Of a stretch of DNA of 64,000 bases, positions 28,927 through 38,644 are shown in pieces. Made by a program: the position numbers and the translations under genes. The notes below the pieces were generated by a model. It was not told the DNA's origin, did no database searches, and worked only from the letters and a program-made list of their open reading frames with translations. This DNA comes from Pseudomonadota bacterium (GTDB taxonomy: Bacteria; Bdellovibrionota; UBA1018). The stretch lies in NCBI GenBank assembly GCA_027485695.1, contig JAIXQO010000002.1, positions 602,006 through 666,005 on the forward strand, written 5' to 3'. The stretch's first letter is position 1, and each line of letters opens with the position of its first letter.

Positions 28927-29528
28927 TTGGACACCTTTCGGGGATTCTTGGCCTGAGCTCTCGCTCGGGTGGGCGAGGTTTGAAAACGAGATTTAAATGC
29001 GGAATTAAACCTTCGAATCGAGCCGAAATCGCAGGCTTCGCTGATCTCGGTGAATGGTTGATCGGAGTGCAGAACCCGCTTGAACGCTGACTGCAACCGG
29101 AGTTCATCGGCATAGCGCTTGGGAGAGATCCCGAGCTGCGCCTCGAAAATCCTTCGAAGCTGACGCCCCCCGATCCCGAGTTTTTCCGCGAACAGGGTCT
29201 CACCTTCGCGGTGATAGTTTCCGGATTTCATTTTTCTCAGGGCTCGTTCCAAAACTGCCCGCGTGCCGTGAGCCGCCGCATGAGCGAGCGGAACTTCGGG
29301 ACGACAACGTTTGCAGGCTCGGTATCCACCTGTTTGCGCAGAAACAGCGTTATCGAAAAACACGATATTCTCAGGATTCGGCCGTGCCGGACACGAAGGA
29401 CGACAGAAGATTCCCGTCGTTTTTACCGCATATACGAACGCACCATTCGATCGCACGTCTCGACGAATGACCGCCTGGACGCGTGCGTCTTCGCGTTTGC
29501 GGGACGTGGATACTCGATTAGAAACCAT
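28923..29528 (-). CDS. Ada N-terminal-domain (methylphosphotriester sensor) / AraC-type transcriptional regulator
   Basis: FCRPSCPARPNPENIVFF...YRACKRCRPE equals the Ada Zn(Cys)4 methyl-acceptor domain. C-terminal AraC HTH (RIFEAQLGISPKRY). No O6-MeG transferase domain. Confidence 0.75.
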   Translation of the reverse strand: MVSNRVSTSRKREDARVQAVIRRDVRSNGAFVYAVKTTGIFCRPSCPARPNPENIVFFDNAVSAQTGGYRACKRCRPEVPLAHAAAHGTRAVLERALRKMKSGNYHREGETLFAEKLGIGGRQLRRIFEAQLGISPKRYADELRLQSAFKRVLHSDQPFTEISEACDFGSIRRFNSAFKSRFQTSPTRARAQAKNPRKVSK

Positions 29529-29585
29529 TCCTTGATTCTACTCCGAGTGGCGAACAAACGGTAGCGTTCAACTAGTCAAATTCGG

Positions 29586-29600
29586 ACGTCTTGCGCCTCA
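29586..29600 (-). promoter_or_regulatory. Ada-box-like element upstream of the Ada-N regulator gene
   Basis: Minus-strand sequence AAAGTGTGAGGCGCAAGACG contains GCGCAAGA, which matches the core of the E. coli ada promoter Ada box as I recall it (AAAGCGCAAGA). About 60 nt upstream of the start codon. Confidence 0.3.
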
Positions 29601-29606
29601 CACTTT

Positions 29607-30059
29607 ATGGTTTCCAAGGCGCACCGACGGGCATATGACCAAATCATGAGCACTCCCCATCCTCACCAGGTCGAAAAGAAGCTCGCTGTTCAGGTCTACA
29701 CGGAAGACCGCAAGAAATCCGCACCCGGGGAGCTCACGATCCTGGAATGGGATCCTCAGGGCCGCTCCAAGCGGGCGGTCAAATGGGCGGCGATGTGTTT
29801 CGGGGCGGCGGTCGTTTCCGTTCCCATTCCGCCGATTCATTGGGTACTCGTACCCGGATTCTTGATCGCTTCGCCGATCGTATTCTTCTACCTGATGAAT
29901 CAGAAAAGCGTGATCCAAGGCGGATCCGCTACTTGTCCCGCTTGCAATCAACCGGTCGCACTCGTGCGGTCAAAACATGAGTTTCCGATGTCGGATCTTT
30001 GCGATAAGTGCCGAACGAATCTCGTCATTGAACCGACGTCATCTGCGTCCGTCGGGTGA
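29607..30059 (+). CDS. membrane hypothetical protein with C-terminal zinc-ribbon (CPAC…CDKC)
   Basis: 150 aa. Two TM helices then CxxC-x20-CxxC. Confidence 0.4.
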   Translation: MVSKAHRRAYDQIMSTPHPHQVEKKLAVQVYTEDRKKSAPGELTILEWDPQGRSKRAVKWAAMCFGAAVVSVPIPPIHWVLVPGFLIASPIVFFYLMNQKSVIQGGSATCPACNQPVALVRSKHEFPMSDLCDKCRTNLVIEPTSSASVG

Positions 30060-30062
30060 CTT

Positions 30063-31358
30063 CTAACTTTTCCAATCGCGGTTCGTGATCAGACGCGCGC
30101 CCTGCTTTGAAAACACGTAACTCCATATCCAACCGAACAAGACCGCCACTCGGCTCCTGAATCCAATCAGATAGAGAATGTGGATGAATAGCCAAGCCAG
30201 CCAGGCGATATAGCCGCCGAATTTTAGCTGACCTGCTTGGACAATCGCCTTGTTCTTACCAATCGTCGCCATCAGACCTTTGTCGAAATAGCGAAATGAC
30301 TCCCGAGATTTTCCATCGATCGATGCTAGAATATTCTCCGCGGCCAACCGTCCCATTTGGATCGCAGCTGGTGCAAGTCCGGGAACGATTCGATCCGTGG
30401 TCCAAGCAACGTGAGCAAGATCACCCACTACGAATGCATCCGGATGACCGGGGATGGACAGGTCCGAGACCACTTTTACGCGACCGGCGGGGTCGAGTTC
30501 GGTGCCGAGTTTTCGCGCGATGGAAGCAGCCTGAACGCCGGCCGCCCAAAAAACACTCTTGGCCTCAATCCGTTCTTTTCCGATATTCACGCCGTTCGAA
30601 TCGATCTCCGTGACACGAACCCCGCTGCGAAGTTCGACGCCGAGTCGTTCTAAGTCGCGAGCCGCCCGAGCAGATAGTTTCTCGTCGAATGAGACCAGGA
30701 CCCTTTGTCCGGCTTCGACCAAGACGACCCGCGCCGAGGCCGGGTTGATGCGACGAAAATCCCGAACAAGTACCTTGCGGCTGATATCGGCAATGGCTCC
30801 GGCAAGCTCGACTCCCGTAGGTCCCCCACCCACAACCACGAATGTCAGCAGGGATCGTTGAACGGCAGGATCGATTTCGTTTTCAGCTTTTTCAAACGCT
30901 GATAGGATGCGGCGTCGAATTTCTGTCGCTTGCTCAAGAGTTTTCAGGCCGGGGGCGAACTCTTCCCACTCGGGTTTCCCGAAATAGCTGTGCTGCGCAC
31001 CACAGGCGATCACTAGATAGTCATAAGGAATGTGAACGCCGTCTTCTCCAGAAATCCATTTATCACGCAGATTCACCTGTTCGACTCTGCCCAGATGAAC
31101 GGCGACGTTTTCGTCCCGGGAAAACTGCGCGCGGATCGGGACGGCGATATCGGCCGGGTTCAATCCTGCAGTCGCGACTTGGTAGAGCAGTGGCTGAAAG
31201 AGGTGATGATTTCGCTGATCCACGAGAGTCACCCGGACGCGAGGATCTCCGGCCAGGCGCTTGGCGGCATTCAAACCTGCGAAACCGCCGCCAATGATCA
31301 AGACCTGTTTTGACATAAGGACCTGCCTTCTGTGGGTGCGATAAAAGAACACCCGCAT
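30063..31358 (-). CDS. ndh: type II NADH:quinone oxidoreductase (NDH-2)
   Basis: VLIIGGGFAGLNAAKRL dinucleotide fold. Second GxGxxG (VVGGGPTGVELAG). Membrane-anchoring C-terminal amphipathic helices. Confidence 0.85.
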   Translation of the reverse strand: MRVFFYRTHRRQVLMSKQVLIIGGGFAGLNAAKRLAGDPRVRVTLVDQRNHHLFQPLLYQVATAGLNPADIAVPIRAQFSRDENVAVHLGRVEQVNLRDKWISGEDGVHIPYDYLVIACGAQHSYFGKPEWEEFAPGLKTLEQATEIRRRILSAFEKAENEIDPAVQRSLLTFVVVGGGPTGVELAGAIADISRKVLVRDFRRINPASARVVLVEAGQRVLVSFDEKLSARAARDLERLGVELRSGVRVTEIDSNGVNIGKERIEAKSVFWAAGVQAASIARKLGTELDPAGRVKVVSDLSIPGHPDAFVVGDLAHVAWTTDRIVPGLAPAAIQMGRLAAENILASIDGKSRESFRYFDKGLMATIGKNKAIVQAGQLKFGGYIAWLAWLFIHILYLIGFRSRVAVLFGWIWSYVFSKQGARLITNRDWKS

Positions 31359-31566
31359 CTTACCCGCCTAGACTCAGAAAAACAGCGTTTTGTGTTTCAA
31401 AAATGATCCCGAGAGCGACGGAATTACGCGGGCACCCGACCGAGGAATCCTGTCCATCGAAGTGAGTGAAAAATCACACACTTTTTCAATATTGAAACTT
31501 CGGAAAAACTTCGACAAATCTTCGCGACTCTATGGAATTCCACCGTTTTCCGGTACGATTGTTTTC

Positions 31567-33984
31567 ATGATGGAAGACAATATGATGTCGTTACTGGCTT
31601 TAGGCGCAGTGCTGGGTTTTCTGATTCTCGGATTCACGGGAGCACCTCTCTGGATCTGGACGATCTTCGCGGGACTGGTCCTTTATGGATCAGGCGCAGA
31701 ACCACTCTGCTACGGGATCTTGGTCGGAATTTTTGTGATCTTCGGAGTCGCTCCAATCCGAAGACTCCTCATCACTTCTTGGGTGATGAAGATCATGAAA
31801 AACTTTCTCCCGAAAATTTCGCCCACCGAGCGTATGGCACTCGAGGCAGGCGACGTTTGGATGGAATCCGAACTCTTCTCGGGTAAACCCAACTTCGACA
31901 AACTCATGGAGCAGAAATATCCCGAGCTCACCGCCGAAGAAAAAGCCTTCCTCGACGGACCCGTTCAAAAACTTTGCGACATGGTGACGGACTGGGACAT
32001 TCACCAACAACGCGACATCCCCGCTGCCGCATGGGAATTCGTCAAAAAAGAACGCTTCTGGGGCATGATCATCCCAAAAGAATACGACGGCCTCGGATTC
32101 TCCGCTCTCGCCCACTCTGCTGTTCTCGAAAAAGTGGGCTCTCGCTCACCGGCTCTCTGCATCACCATCATGGTGCCGAACTCCCTGGGACCAGCCGAGC
32201 TCTTGCTTCACTACGGAACCAAGGAACAAAAAGATCACTACCTGCCTCGCCTCGCTCGCGGCGAAGAAGTCCCTTGTTTCGCACTGACTGAACCACACGC
32301 TGGTTCCGATGCCGGTTCGATCACCTCGAGTGGCACGGTTTTCAAAGGCGACGACGGAAAACTCTATCTCCGATTGAACTGGAACAAACGCTGGATCACG
32401 TTGGCCGCGGTTTCGACCGTCGTAGGCCTGGCGTTCCGCCTGCGCGATCCCGACAATCTCCTCGGCAAGGGCGAAGACGCCGGTATCACCTGCGCTCTCA
32501 TTCCAGCCAGCACGCCCGGCGTGGATCTCACTCGCCGGCATGATCCACTCGGCGTTCCGTTTTACAACTGCCCGACCTTGGGCAAAGACGTCGTCGTTCC
32601 GATCGACGCCATCATCGGCGGGCCTGAAAAGGCGGGCCAAGGTTGGCAAATGCTCATGGAATGTCTGGCGGCTGGACGAGGCATTTCTCTTCCTGCTCAG
32701 TCTACTGCGAGCGCGAAATACATGGCTCGAGTCGCGAGCAATCACGCGGTTGTTCGTAAACAGTTTGGAATGTCGATCGGCAAGTTCGAAGGTATCGCAG
32801 AGCCTCTTTCTCGCCTCGCGGGCTATTCCTACCTGATGGAAGCTGGCCGAAAATACACGCTCGGCGCACTCGATAGCGGTATCAAACCGCCGGTCGTTAC
32901 AGCGATGATGAAGTACTACTTCACCGAAGCTCAGCGGGTCTGCGTGAATGATGCGATGGACATTCTGGGAGGTGCGGCAATCACGCGCGGTCCTAAGAAC
33001 TTGGTGACCAGCGCTTACCTATCGACTCCGATCTCGATCACGGTCGAAGGCGCTAACATCCTCACTCGTACGCTGATCATCTTCGGCCAGGGCGCACTCC
33101 GTGCTCACCCATACGCGGTCAAAGAAGTGAACGCCGTGGATGCGAATGATCTCCCTGCATTTGACGCCGCTTTCTTCGGTCACGTCGGTCACATGGTCCG
33201 CAACAAGTTCCGCGCCGTGCTCTTGACACTCACCCGCGGTTGGCTCGTGATTCCGTTCAAAGGCGGGGTCACCGGCCCGTACTACCGCAAGCTCGCCTGG
33301 ACTTCTGCCGTGTTCGCCATCCTCGCCGACCTCGCTATGGTCACGATGGGCGGCAAGCTCAAGACCAAGGGCAAGACGACGGGTCGCTTTGCCGATGTTT
33401 TGGCCGGTATGTACCTCGCGACTGCTGCACTCAAGCGTTTCGAGTACGAAGGTCGTAAGAAAGAAGACGAGCCATTCCTCATCTGGTCGCTGGAGTACGC
33501 GTTTCATCAAGTGCAGCGTGGTTTCGACGGTTTGTTCGCGAACTTCGAAGCTCCGGTACTGAATCTCTTGTTCAAGTATCCGGTTCGCTGGTGGTGGAAT
33601 CTGAGCCCCATTGGACGCAACGCCTCGGACGATCTCGAATTCAAACTTGCTGAGCTCATTCAAACTCCGGGAGAACAGCGCGATCGAATGACGGCAGGAA
33701 TCTTCCACCCAACGAATTCGAACGACCCGTTTGCAAAAATGGAAAAAGCGTTTCGTCTCACGATCTCAAGCGAGGAAGTCGCCCGTAAGGCTCGTCGCGC
33801 AGTGAAAAAAGGCGTGATCAAAAAACAGCCGGCCGCAAAACTCTATGAAGCTGCGGTAGCTGCGAATGTGATTACAAAAGAAGAGTTCGAAAGCATCGCC
33901 GAGAGTGTTCGTCTCAATGACGATGCGATCCAGGTCGACTCATTTACGATTGCTGACTATTTCAAGACGGCGATCAAGCAGTAG
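31567..33984 (+). CDS. fadE: acyl-CoA dehydrogenase FadE (large membrane-anchored form)
   Basis: About 806 aa after trimming start to MMEDNMMSLLALGAV (ATG 31567). N-terminal TM segments then ACAD domains. Confidence 0.85.
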   Translation: MMEDNMMSLLALGAVLGFLILGFTGAPLWIWTIFAGLVLYGSGAEPLCYGILVGIFVIFGVAPIRRLLITSWVMKIMKNFLPKISPTERMALEAGDVWMESELFSGKPNFDKLMEQKYPELTAEEKAFLDGPVQKLCDMVTDWDIHQQRDIPAAAWEFVKKERFWGMIIPKEYDGLGFSALAHSAVLEKVGSRSPALCITIMVPNSLGPAELLLHYGTKEQKDHYLPRLARGEEVPCFALTEPHAGSDAGSITSSGTVFKGDDGKLYLRLNWNKRWITLAAVSTVVGLAFRLRDPDNLLGKGEDAGITCALIPASTPGVDLTRRHDPLGVPFYNCPTLGKDVVVPIDAIIGGPEKAGQGWQMLMECLAAGRGISLPAQSTASAKYMARVASNHAVVRKQFGMSIGKFEGIAEPLSRLAGYSYLMEAGRKYTLGALDSGIKPPVVTAMMKYYFTEAQRVCVNDAMDILGGAAITRGPKNLVTSAYLSTPISITVEGANILTRTLIIFGQGALRAHPYAVKEVNAVDANDLPAFDAAFFGHVGHMVRNKFRAVLLTLTRGWLVIPFKGGVTGPYYRKLAWTSAVFAILADLAMVTMGGKLKTKGKTTGRFADVLAGMYLATAALKRFEYEGRKKEDEPFLIWSLEYAFHQVQRGFDGLFANFEAPVLNLLFKYPVRWWWNLSPIGRNASDDLEFKLAELIQTPGEQRDRMTAGIFHPTNSNDPFAKMEKAFRLTISSEEVARKARRAVKKGVIKKQPAAKLYEAAVAANVITKEEFESIAESVRLNDDAIQVDSFTIADYFKTAIKQ

Positions 33985-34005
33985 TCAAATATTTCTCAGA
34001 AAAGG

Positions 34006-34038
34006 GGCCCGCATCGCGATGACGATGCGGGCCTTTTT
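34006..34038. terminator. bidirectional rho-independent terminator between convergent fadE and ykgJ-like gene
   Basis: 11-bp stem GGCCCGCATCG / CGATGCGGGCC with 6-nt loop, TTTTT downstream and AAAAGGGG upstream. Confidence 0.7.
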
Positions 34039-34621
34039 AATTTTCGCTGCCTGATTCTATTGCACTAGCTTCGAGTACAGCGCGCAACTTCAGGTCAAAC
34101 CTCTGAGTCTCCACACCGGCTTGAGTTTCCCACTGACGATTGACGAGCGAGAGGAGTGTGTTCACGGTATCGATATCCAGGCAATCGGCCGAATCCAGGG
34201 AATCCAGTGACTGATCCGTAAAATTAAGCGGGCACACGTCTCTGGCTCGCTCTGCACGTGAGTTTTTGAACGTGATCGGGGCGCCGTGACTTCGGCACAC
34301 GAGCGGTCTGACCTCATAGACACCGCAATCCCCTTGCTCGCCCAAAAACGAACAACGAGTATTTCGATGAGGGTTCGATTTCTCCAACTCCCGCAAGTAC
34401 TCAACAAGTTTTGGACGCTCGCTCAAATATTCATGAATCGAGGCTCGCTCGACCGAACTGATCGTCAACCCCGGGGCACAGCATGAGTGACACCCTTTGC
34501 GGCACGCAAACGCATGTGGATGCCGGCTCGAGATCTCATCGAATTTTGCATCGACCTTGGACAAGAGCTCTCGGTAATTCTCAAGGCTCGCATGCATCTT
34601 CATTCGACCGAGAGCTTCCAA
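34037..34621 (-). CDS. YkgJ-family cysteine-cluster (putative Zn/Fe-chelating) protein
   Basis: CRKGCHSCC…C(x)…CGVYEVRPLVCRSHG pattern of UPF0153/YkgJ. 22-nt overlap with upstream gene suggests start at internal MKMHAS. Confidence 0.65.
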   Translation of the reverse strand: MEALGRMKMHASLENYRELLSKVDAKFDEISSRHPHAFACRKGCHSCCAPGLTISSVERASIHEYLSERPKLVEYLRELEKSNPHRNTRCSFLGEQGDCGVYEVRPLVCRSHGAPITFKNSRAERARDVCPLNFTDQSLDSLDSADCLDIDTVNTLLSLVNRQWETQAGVETQRFDLKLRAVLEASAIESGSEN

Positions 34622-35736
34622 TCGACACGGGCCAAAATACGGCCATTCACCTGGATCTCCAGACCGTGCATGCCCGAGTAGTATTTCCGCGTGGTGATCG
34701 GCTTGACGGAATGTTGTTTTGCAATCGAAAGCTTACCGCGAGCCGGAAGCGCAAACGTCTTGAGCTTGAACACCTTGGGCGATGTACTGCCATTCGACTT
34801 GCGATGATGAATCACGTAGTCAATCACGAGCTTTTGCTCTTGATTGGACTTGGACGCGATCTCGAAACGAAACTCGAGTTTCTCGTTCATGCGGATGTGC
34901 TTACGCGCGAGTTCCAAGGAGCCAAGCTCGATCTGCGCGTCACCATCCACTCCGATCAACTTCATCGCGTCGGAGTTCCCTGATTTAATCAGTGTGCGCA
35001 GCGCATGTCGGGTGATCCATTCGATCTTCTCGGCGTGGGCGGTGTTTTTTGCTTCGCGCTTCCAGCGCGACAGAGTCTTAATCACCTGATCAGGATTGTC
35101 TTTGGCGACGTCGTTCAAGTGATTCGCCACGCTTTTTCGAACGTAGAGCTCGTCGTCGTATTTGAGTGACTCAATGATTTTCAGTGTTGGACGAGGATCT
35201 TTCACAAAAGCCGGTAGCCGGGCGCCCCAAGGTAAACGTGAGCGAGTCCCCTCACTCACCCAGCGCCGAACATCAACAGACGAATCATCCACACAACTTT
35301 GAAGAAACGCGAGCGTTTCATCCGGATATAGATTGAGGAAAGGGCGAATCGCAAACTCACTCGTAAAACGAGGAGTCAGTTTCTTAAGTGCGCGATATGC
35401 GATCGTTGGATGTTCTAATCCCCGATGCGCGATCAACTCGGAATACGGCCAGAGCTCGAATCCATCGAGATCAGAATTCTCTAGCGATGCGAGCAGAATG
35501 CGAGAGACCTCAGGAAATGATTTTGGCAAATGCTCGATCAGTGCATCTCGAATGAGATGCACGCGCGCTTTGAGCTCGAATGGTCCAAGCTTAGCGGATA
35601 CCCGTTTGAAGGAACTATGATCAAAAGCCGGGTAGGCTTTCTGAATGGAACCACTGATGCGCTTGACGACATCGGCGTTGATCCAATTCTTAAAAGCGGA
35701 AGACTCGGTTTCTTGAGCTTGTTTTGCTGGGGGCAT
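34600..35736 (-). CDS. DNA alkylation repair enzyme-like HEAT-repeat protein (AlkC/AlkD family)
   Basis: Repeated helical HEAT-like units and motifs (VRRWVSEGTRSRLPWG, YVRKSVANHLNDV) typical of AlkD-like glycosylases. About 130-aa C-terminal extension. Confidence 0.65.
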   Translation of the reverse strand: MPPAKQAQETESSAFKNWINADVVKRISGSIQKAYPAFDHSSFKRVSAKLGPFELKARVHLIRDALIEHLPKSFPEVSRILLASLENSDLDGFELWPYSELIAHRGLEHPTIAYRALKKLTPRFTSEFAIRPFLNLYPDETLAFLQSCVDDSSVDVRRWVSEGTRSRLPWGARLPAFVKDPRPTLKIIESLKYDDELYVRKSVANHLNDVAKDNPDQVIKTLSRWKREAKNTAHAEKIEWITRHALRTLIKSGNSDAMKLIGVDGDAQIELGSLELARKHIRMNEKLEFRFEIASKSNQEQKLVIDYVIHHRKSNGSTSPKVFKLKTFALPARGKLSIAKQHSVKPITTRKYYSGMHGLEIQVNGRILARVDWKLSVE

Positions 35737-35792
35737 GTGGTCGAAGATTCCCTTCGACCCATTTTTAATCGGTTCACGCCTGCTTCACCAAT

Positions 35793-36479
35793 TCAAAACA
35801 TCTGATTCGCGGTTTTTTCCGGTTTCCGACGGCTTTCGATGGCCTCATCGAGGCTTTCATTGATCCGTTTAACCGTTTCCGGTCGATAGCTCGCAGGTAC
35901 CGGCAGTATAGCCTTTTTGTACTCCTCGAGATGATTCGAGACCAGTCGATCTCGATCTTCGCTCCCCTGATACAAGATCGCGAGTTTCTGACGGAGGACA
36001 TCCCAATCCGCTTCGGAAACTCCTTCTGAAATCGCTGAGCTGCCGGATTCAGGCGCTGGAGCTTGCACTACTGACTCAACGGCGGCCGAATTCTGATCGA
36101 CGCCTCTGGGCGACTCAGCCTTTTCAACAAGCACGTTCTGACCTGCGCCAGTCTTATGGTTGAACACACCTCTGTTGATCGACACTCCCACTGCAAACAC
36201 CAACAGTGCACCTACCAAGCTATAACGACGAAAAACGGAAATCTCTGGGGCGCCGTACTTCAGTCCTAACTCGGGTGAGCACGCTAACTCCTCCTCCGTT
36301 CCACAATTCATGCAGGTGAATTGATAGCGAGATCTAAACACGTGCGTAAAAATGAAATAGATGTGGAGCGTGTAGTGCAAGTGCCGTATTTGCTGCCCCG
36401 TTTCGGCGGAACACTTTTTACAAAAACGCCCTTCTTCTCCACATTCGGCACTTTTCTTGTTCCATCCGTAAAAAACCAT
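35793..36479 (-). CDS. double zinc-ribbon / single-TM hypothetical protein
   Basis: N-terminal CGEEGRFCKKC…CMNCG, TM helix YSLVGALLVFAVGVSI, about 130-aa C-terminal domain. 2-nt gap from upstream gene. Confidence 0.45.
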   Translation of the reverse strand: MVFYGWNKKSAECGEEGRFCKKCSAETGQQIRHLHYTLHIYFIFTHVFRSRYQFTCMNCGTEEELACSPELGLKYGAPEISVFRRYSLVGALLVFAVGVSINRGVFNHKTGAGQNVLVEKAESPRGVDQNSAAVESVVQAPAPESGSSAISEGVSEADWDVLRQKLAILYQGSEDRDRLVSNHLEEYKKAILPVPASYRPETVKRINESLDEAIESRRKPEKTANQMF

Positions 36480-36481
36480 AT

Positions 36482-38548
36482 TTACGCGCTCATTCTCGCC
36501 ATCAGCGCTTGAATGGCTTGCTCATAAGCTTGGGCCAACTGCTGAATCACGGTCATCTGATGCATCGGCGGAACTTCCATTTGAACCCGCATCATCATGG
36601 CTTGGTATTCCGCCACAATCTCATCCACGGATTGACCGTTGAATTGAAACGCGACGCCAGCCTGCTGCATGGCCGGGGCCATACTTGCCATCGGAGCCTG
36701 CGCAGCCTGAGGTGGTATCGAGGATGCGGTCACGGCCTTGCGGAATTTCGGATGGTTCGGGATCACCGACTGTGCCAACCGAATGATCTGCTCGGGGGTC
36801 GCGACGAGTCCGTCGAACGAGTCCGCATCGAGCACCTCTCCCAAGAGCGGTCCGACGGTATCGAACTGCTGCGGCTGAATCCCTTCGCCATGCAAGAACT
36901 CACTCAAGAATGCGTTACAGGCGCCGCGGTGATCGTTCTTCTCTAAGTAAGCATATGCCGCAATTTGATGCGCTCCAATGCGCTGAAGATGCGTCGGCTT
37001 GCCTTCGAGGTGCTCATGATAGCCCGCAATCAACGGATCCACCTCGCCTAGGACATCGTATAAGTAGCAGAGAAGCTCCACACAAATCGGAGCTGCATGC
37101 GCAGCGTGAAATCCTTCGACCGACATCTTGAGCGATTCAACTAGGAGTTTCGAATCATCCGTCAAACTCTCGCGACGTTGATTCTGAATGGTGAGGAATC
37201 GCTTGAGATCGAATACGGCGTTGACGTAACCGGCCGGATGGTTCGGATCTGAGCGAATCATGGATTTCCAGATCGCAATTTTTAACTTCATCGCGCGTGG
37301 AGGCAGCTCCTTGTCGGGACCGGTTTCTACTTGGCCGATACCGGCTGAGTGAAACGCTTTTTCGAGTACCTCTTGATCAAATCCAAAAAGATTGGTCGCA
37401 TACCGTAAAATATCGATCTCAGATTCCGACAAATAGCCATCGGCGGCCGAGAGGAGAATGAGCGACTTCAACAAATCAAAACGTTCACGCCCTTCTAAGT
37501 TCGAAATTGCGCGAGACGCGAGGGATTCGATCACTTGGATCGAGTTCTCCGGATCAGCCTGCTCGAGATTTTCCATTCGACGTTTGCCGTCTTCGATCTC
37601 TAGCGCGGTTTTTAGTTTTTCGAGTTCCGAATCCTCAATCTTGCCGTCGACTAGAATCAATTCTCCGGCTAGGTAAAACAGACATTTTTTGACCTCTTTG
37701 GAGATCAATTCTGGATTCGAGACAAATGGGTTCTCGAAATAAGAGAGGTACTGATCCACAACTTCGTTCGTCTTAGCAACTTTCTCCGGAGCCGGATCGG
37801 CAATGACGGGATGGAACTCCCTCAGTGCAAGCAAACGGCTTGGGGAAAATGGATGAGTACTGTAGAAATCGTCCGGAAAATCGTGCGGGTCGGACACCTT
37901 GATCTTCTCGCCGACTTCGTCAAGGTAGCCGTTTACCGCACCGGAGGATCCACCATCGATACCGAAACTCACACGAAACAGTGCGCCGAGCACGGCATCG
38001 TAAGAATTCGTAACGAACAAGCTCATCCGATCAGCCGAGATTTCTCGAGCACGGCTCCAAGCACGAAGCTTCATCTGAAGCACGGGTTTCAAATCCCCGA
38101 AATACTTGCGCTCCAAGAGTCGAATCTCACGATCATTGCGATGAAATTCGTAATGACCAAACTCGTGCGCGGCCACTGCCGTCAGCGCTTCTTCACTGAG
38201 TTTTTGGATGGCACCCGCTGTGAAATAGAACCGCGCAGCTTGGGTTTTCTCATCGACACCGATAAATGCGGCGTTGATATCATCGCTCGGAACGATGAAC
38301 ATCTCGACGGGAACGGTGATCTCAAGTTTCTTCTTACAAGCATCGATCGCGCGCGCGAGCGGCTGAGAAAACTCGGCGCGAAATGGGAGCGCGTGTTTCC
38401 ACATCGGGTCCAGCTCGATGACTTCGTTCACTCGAGTTTGTTGCTCTTGTCGAAGCAGATGCTGGATCATCGGATCATTGAAGATCTCGTCCCCTAGGAC
38501 TTTTTCTTTTGGGAGCCTCAGCCATCCGAAACGATCAGAGTTCGACAT
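36482..38548 (-). CDS. multi-domain protein: HExxH (M48-like) peptidase region plus TerB-like repeats plus Met/Gln-rich tail
   Basis: AAHEFGHYEF. Two TerB-like segments (ELILVDGKIEDSELEKL, LILLSAADGYLSESEIDIL). C-terminus QAAQAPMASMAPAMQQAG…AMMMRVQMEVPPMHQM. No TM helix. Confidence 0.5.
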   Translation of the reverse strand: MSNSDRFGWLRLPKEKVLGDEIFNDPMIQHLLRQEQQTRVNEVIELDPMWKHALPFRAEFSQPLARAIDACKKKLEITVPVEMFIVPSDDINAAFIGVDEKTQAARFYFTAGAIQKLSEEALTAVAAHEFGHYEFHRNDREIRLLERKYFGDLKPVLQMKLRAWSRAREISADRMSLFVTNSYDAVLGALFRVSFGIDGGSSGAVNGYLDEVGEKIKVSDPHDFPDDFYSTHPFSPSRLLALREFHPVIADPAPEKVAKTNEVVDQYLSYFENPFVSNPELISKEVKKCLFYLAGELILVDGKIEDSELEKLKTALEIEDGKRRMENLEQADPENSIQVIESLASRAISNLEGRERFDLLKSLILLSAADGYLSESEIDILRYATNLFGFDQEVLEKAFHSAGIGQVETGPDKELPPRAMKLKIAIWKSMIRSDPNHPAGYVNAVFDLKRFLTIQNQRRESLTDDSKLLVESLKMSVEGFHAAHAAPICVELLCYLYDVLGEVDPLIAGYHEHLEGKPTHLQRIGAHQIAAYAYLEKNDHRGACNAFLSEFLHGEGIQPQQFDTVGPLLGEVLDADSFDGLVATPEQIIRLAQSVIPNHPKFRKAVTASSIPPQAAQAPMASMAPAMQQAGVAFQFNGQSVDEIVAEYQAMMMRVQMEVPPMHQMTVIQQLAQAYEQAIQALMARMSA

Positions 38549-38644
38549 ATAAATATCGGATCGACCGTTTTTACCCCGTCAAAGACCGGTTTAACAATCC
38601 ACCTGACGGGACATGAGTCCCATGCGACTCACCCGAGAAATCAT

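Noticed and set aside
31359-31566. ndh–fadE divergent region direct repeats (ACTTCG…ACTTCG…TCTTCG) as a FadR-like site
   Set aside because: The repeats are short and imperfect. There is no recognisable FadR or other consensus, so it is likely chance.
33019-33708. 229-aa minus-strand ORF and other internal ORFs inside fadE
   Set aside because: They are antisense to the fadE coding region, which carries clear ACAD motifs on the plus strand.
38549-38644. Hairpin GGGAC-atga-GTCCC as selO terminator
   Set aside because: The stem is only 5 bp and no U-run follows on the minus strand, so it is more likely read-through into the downstream operon.
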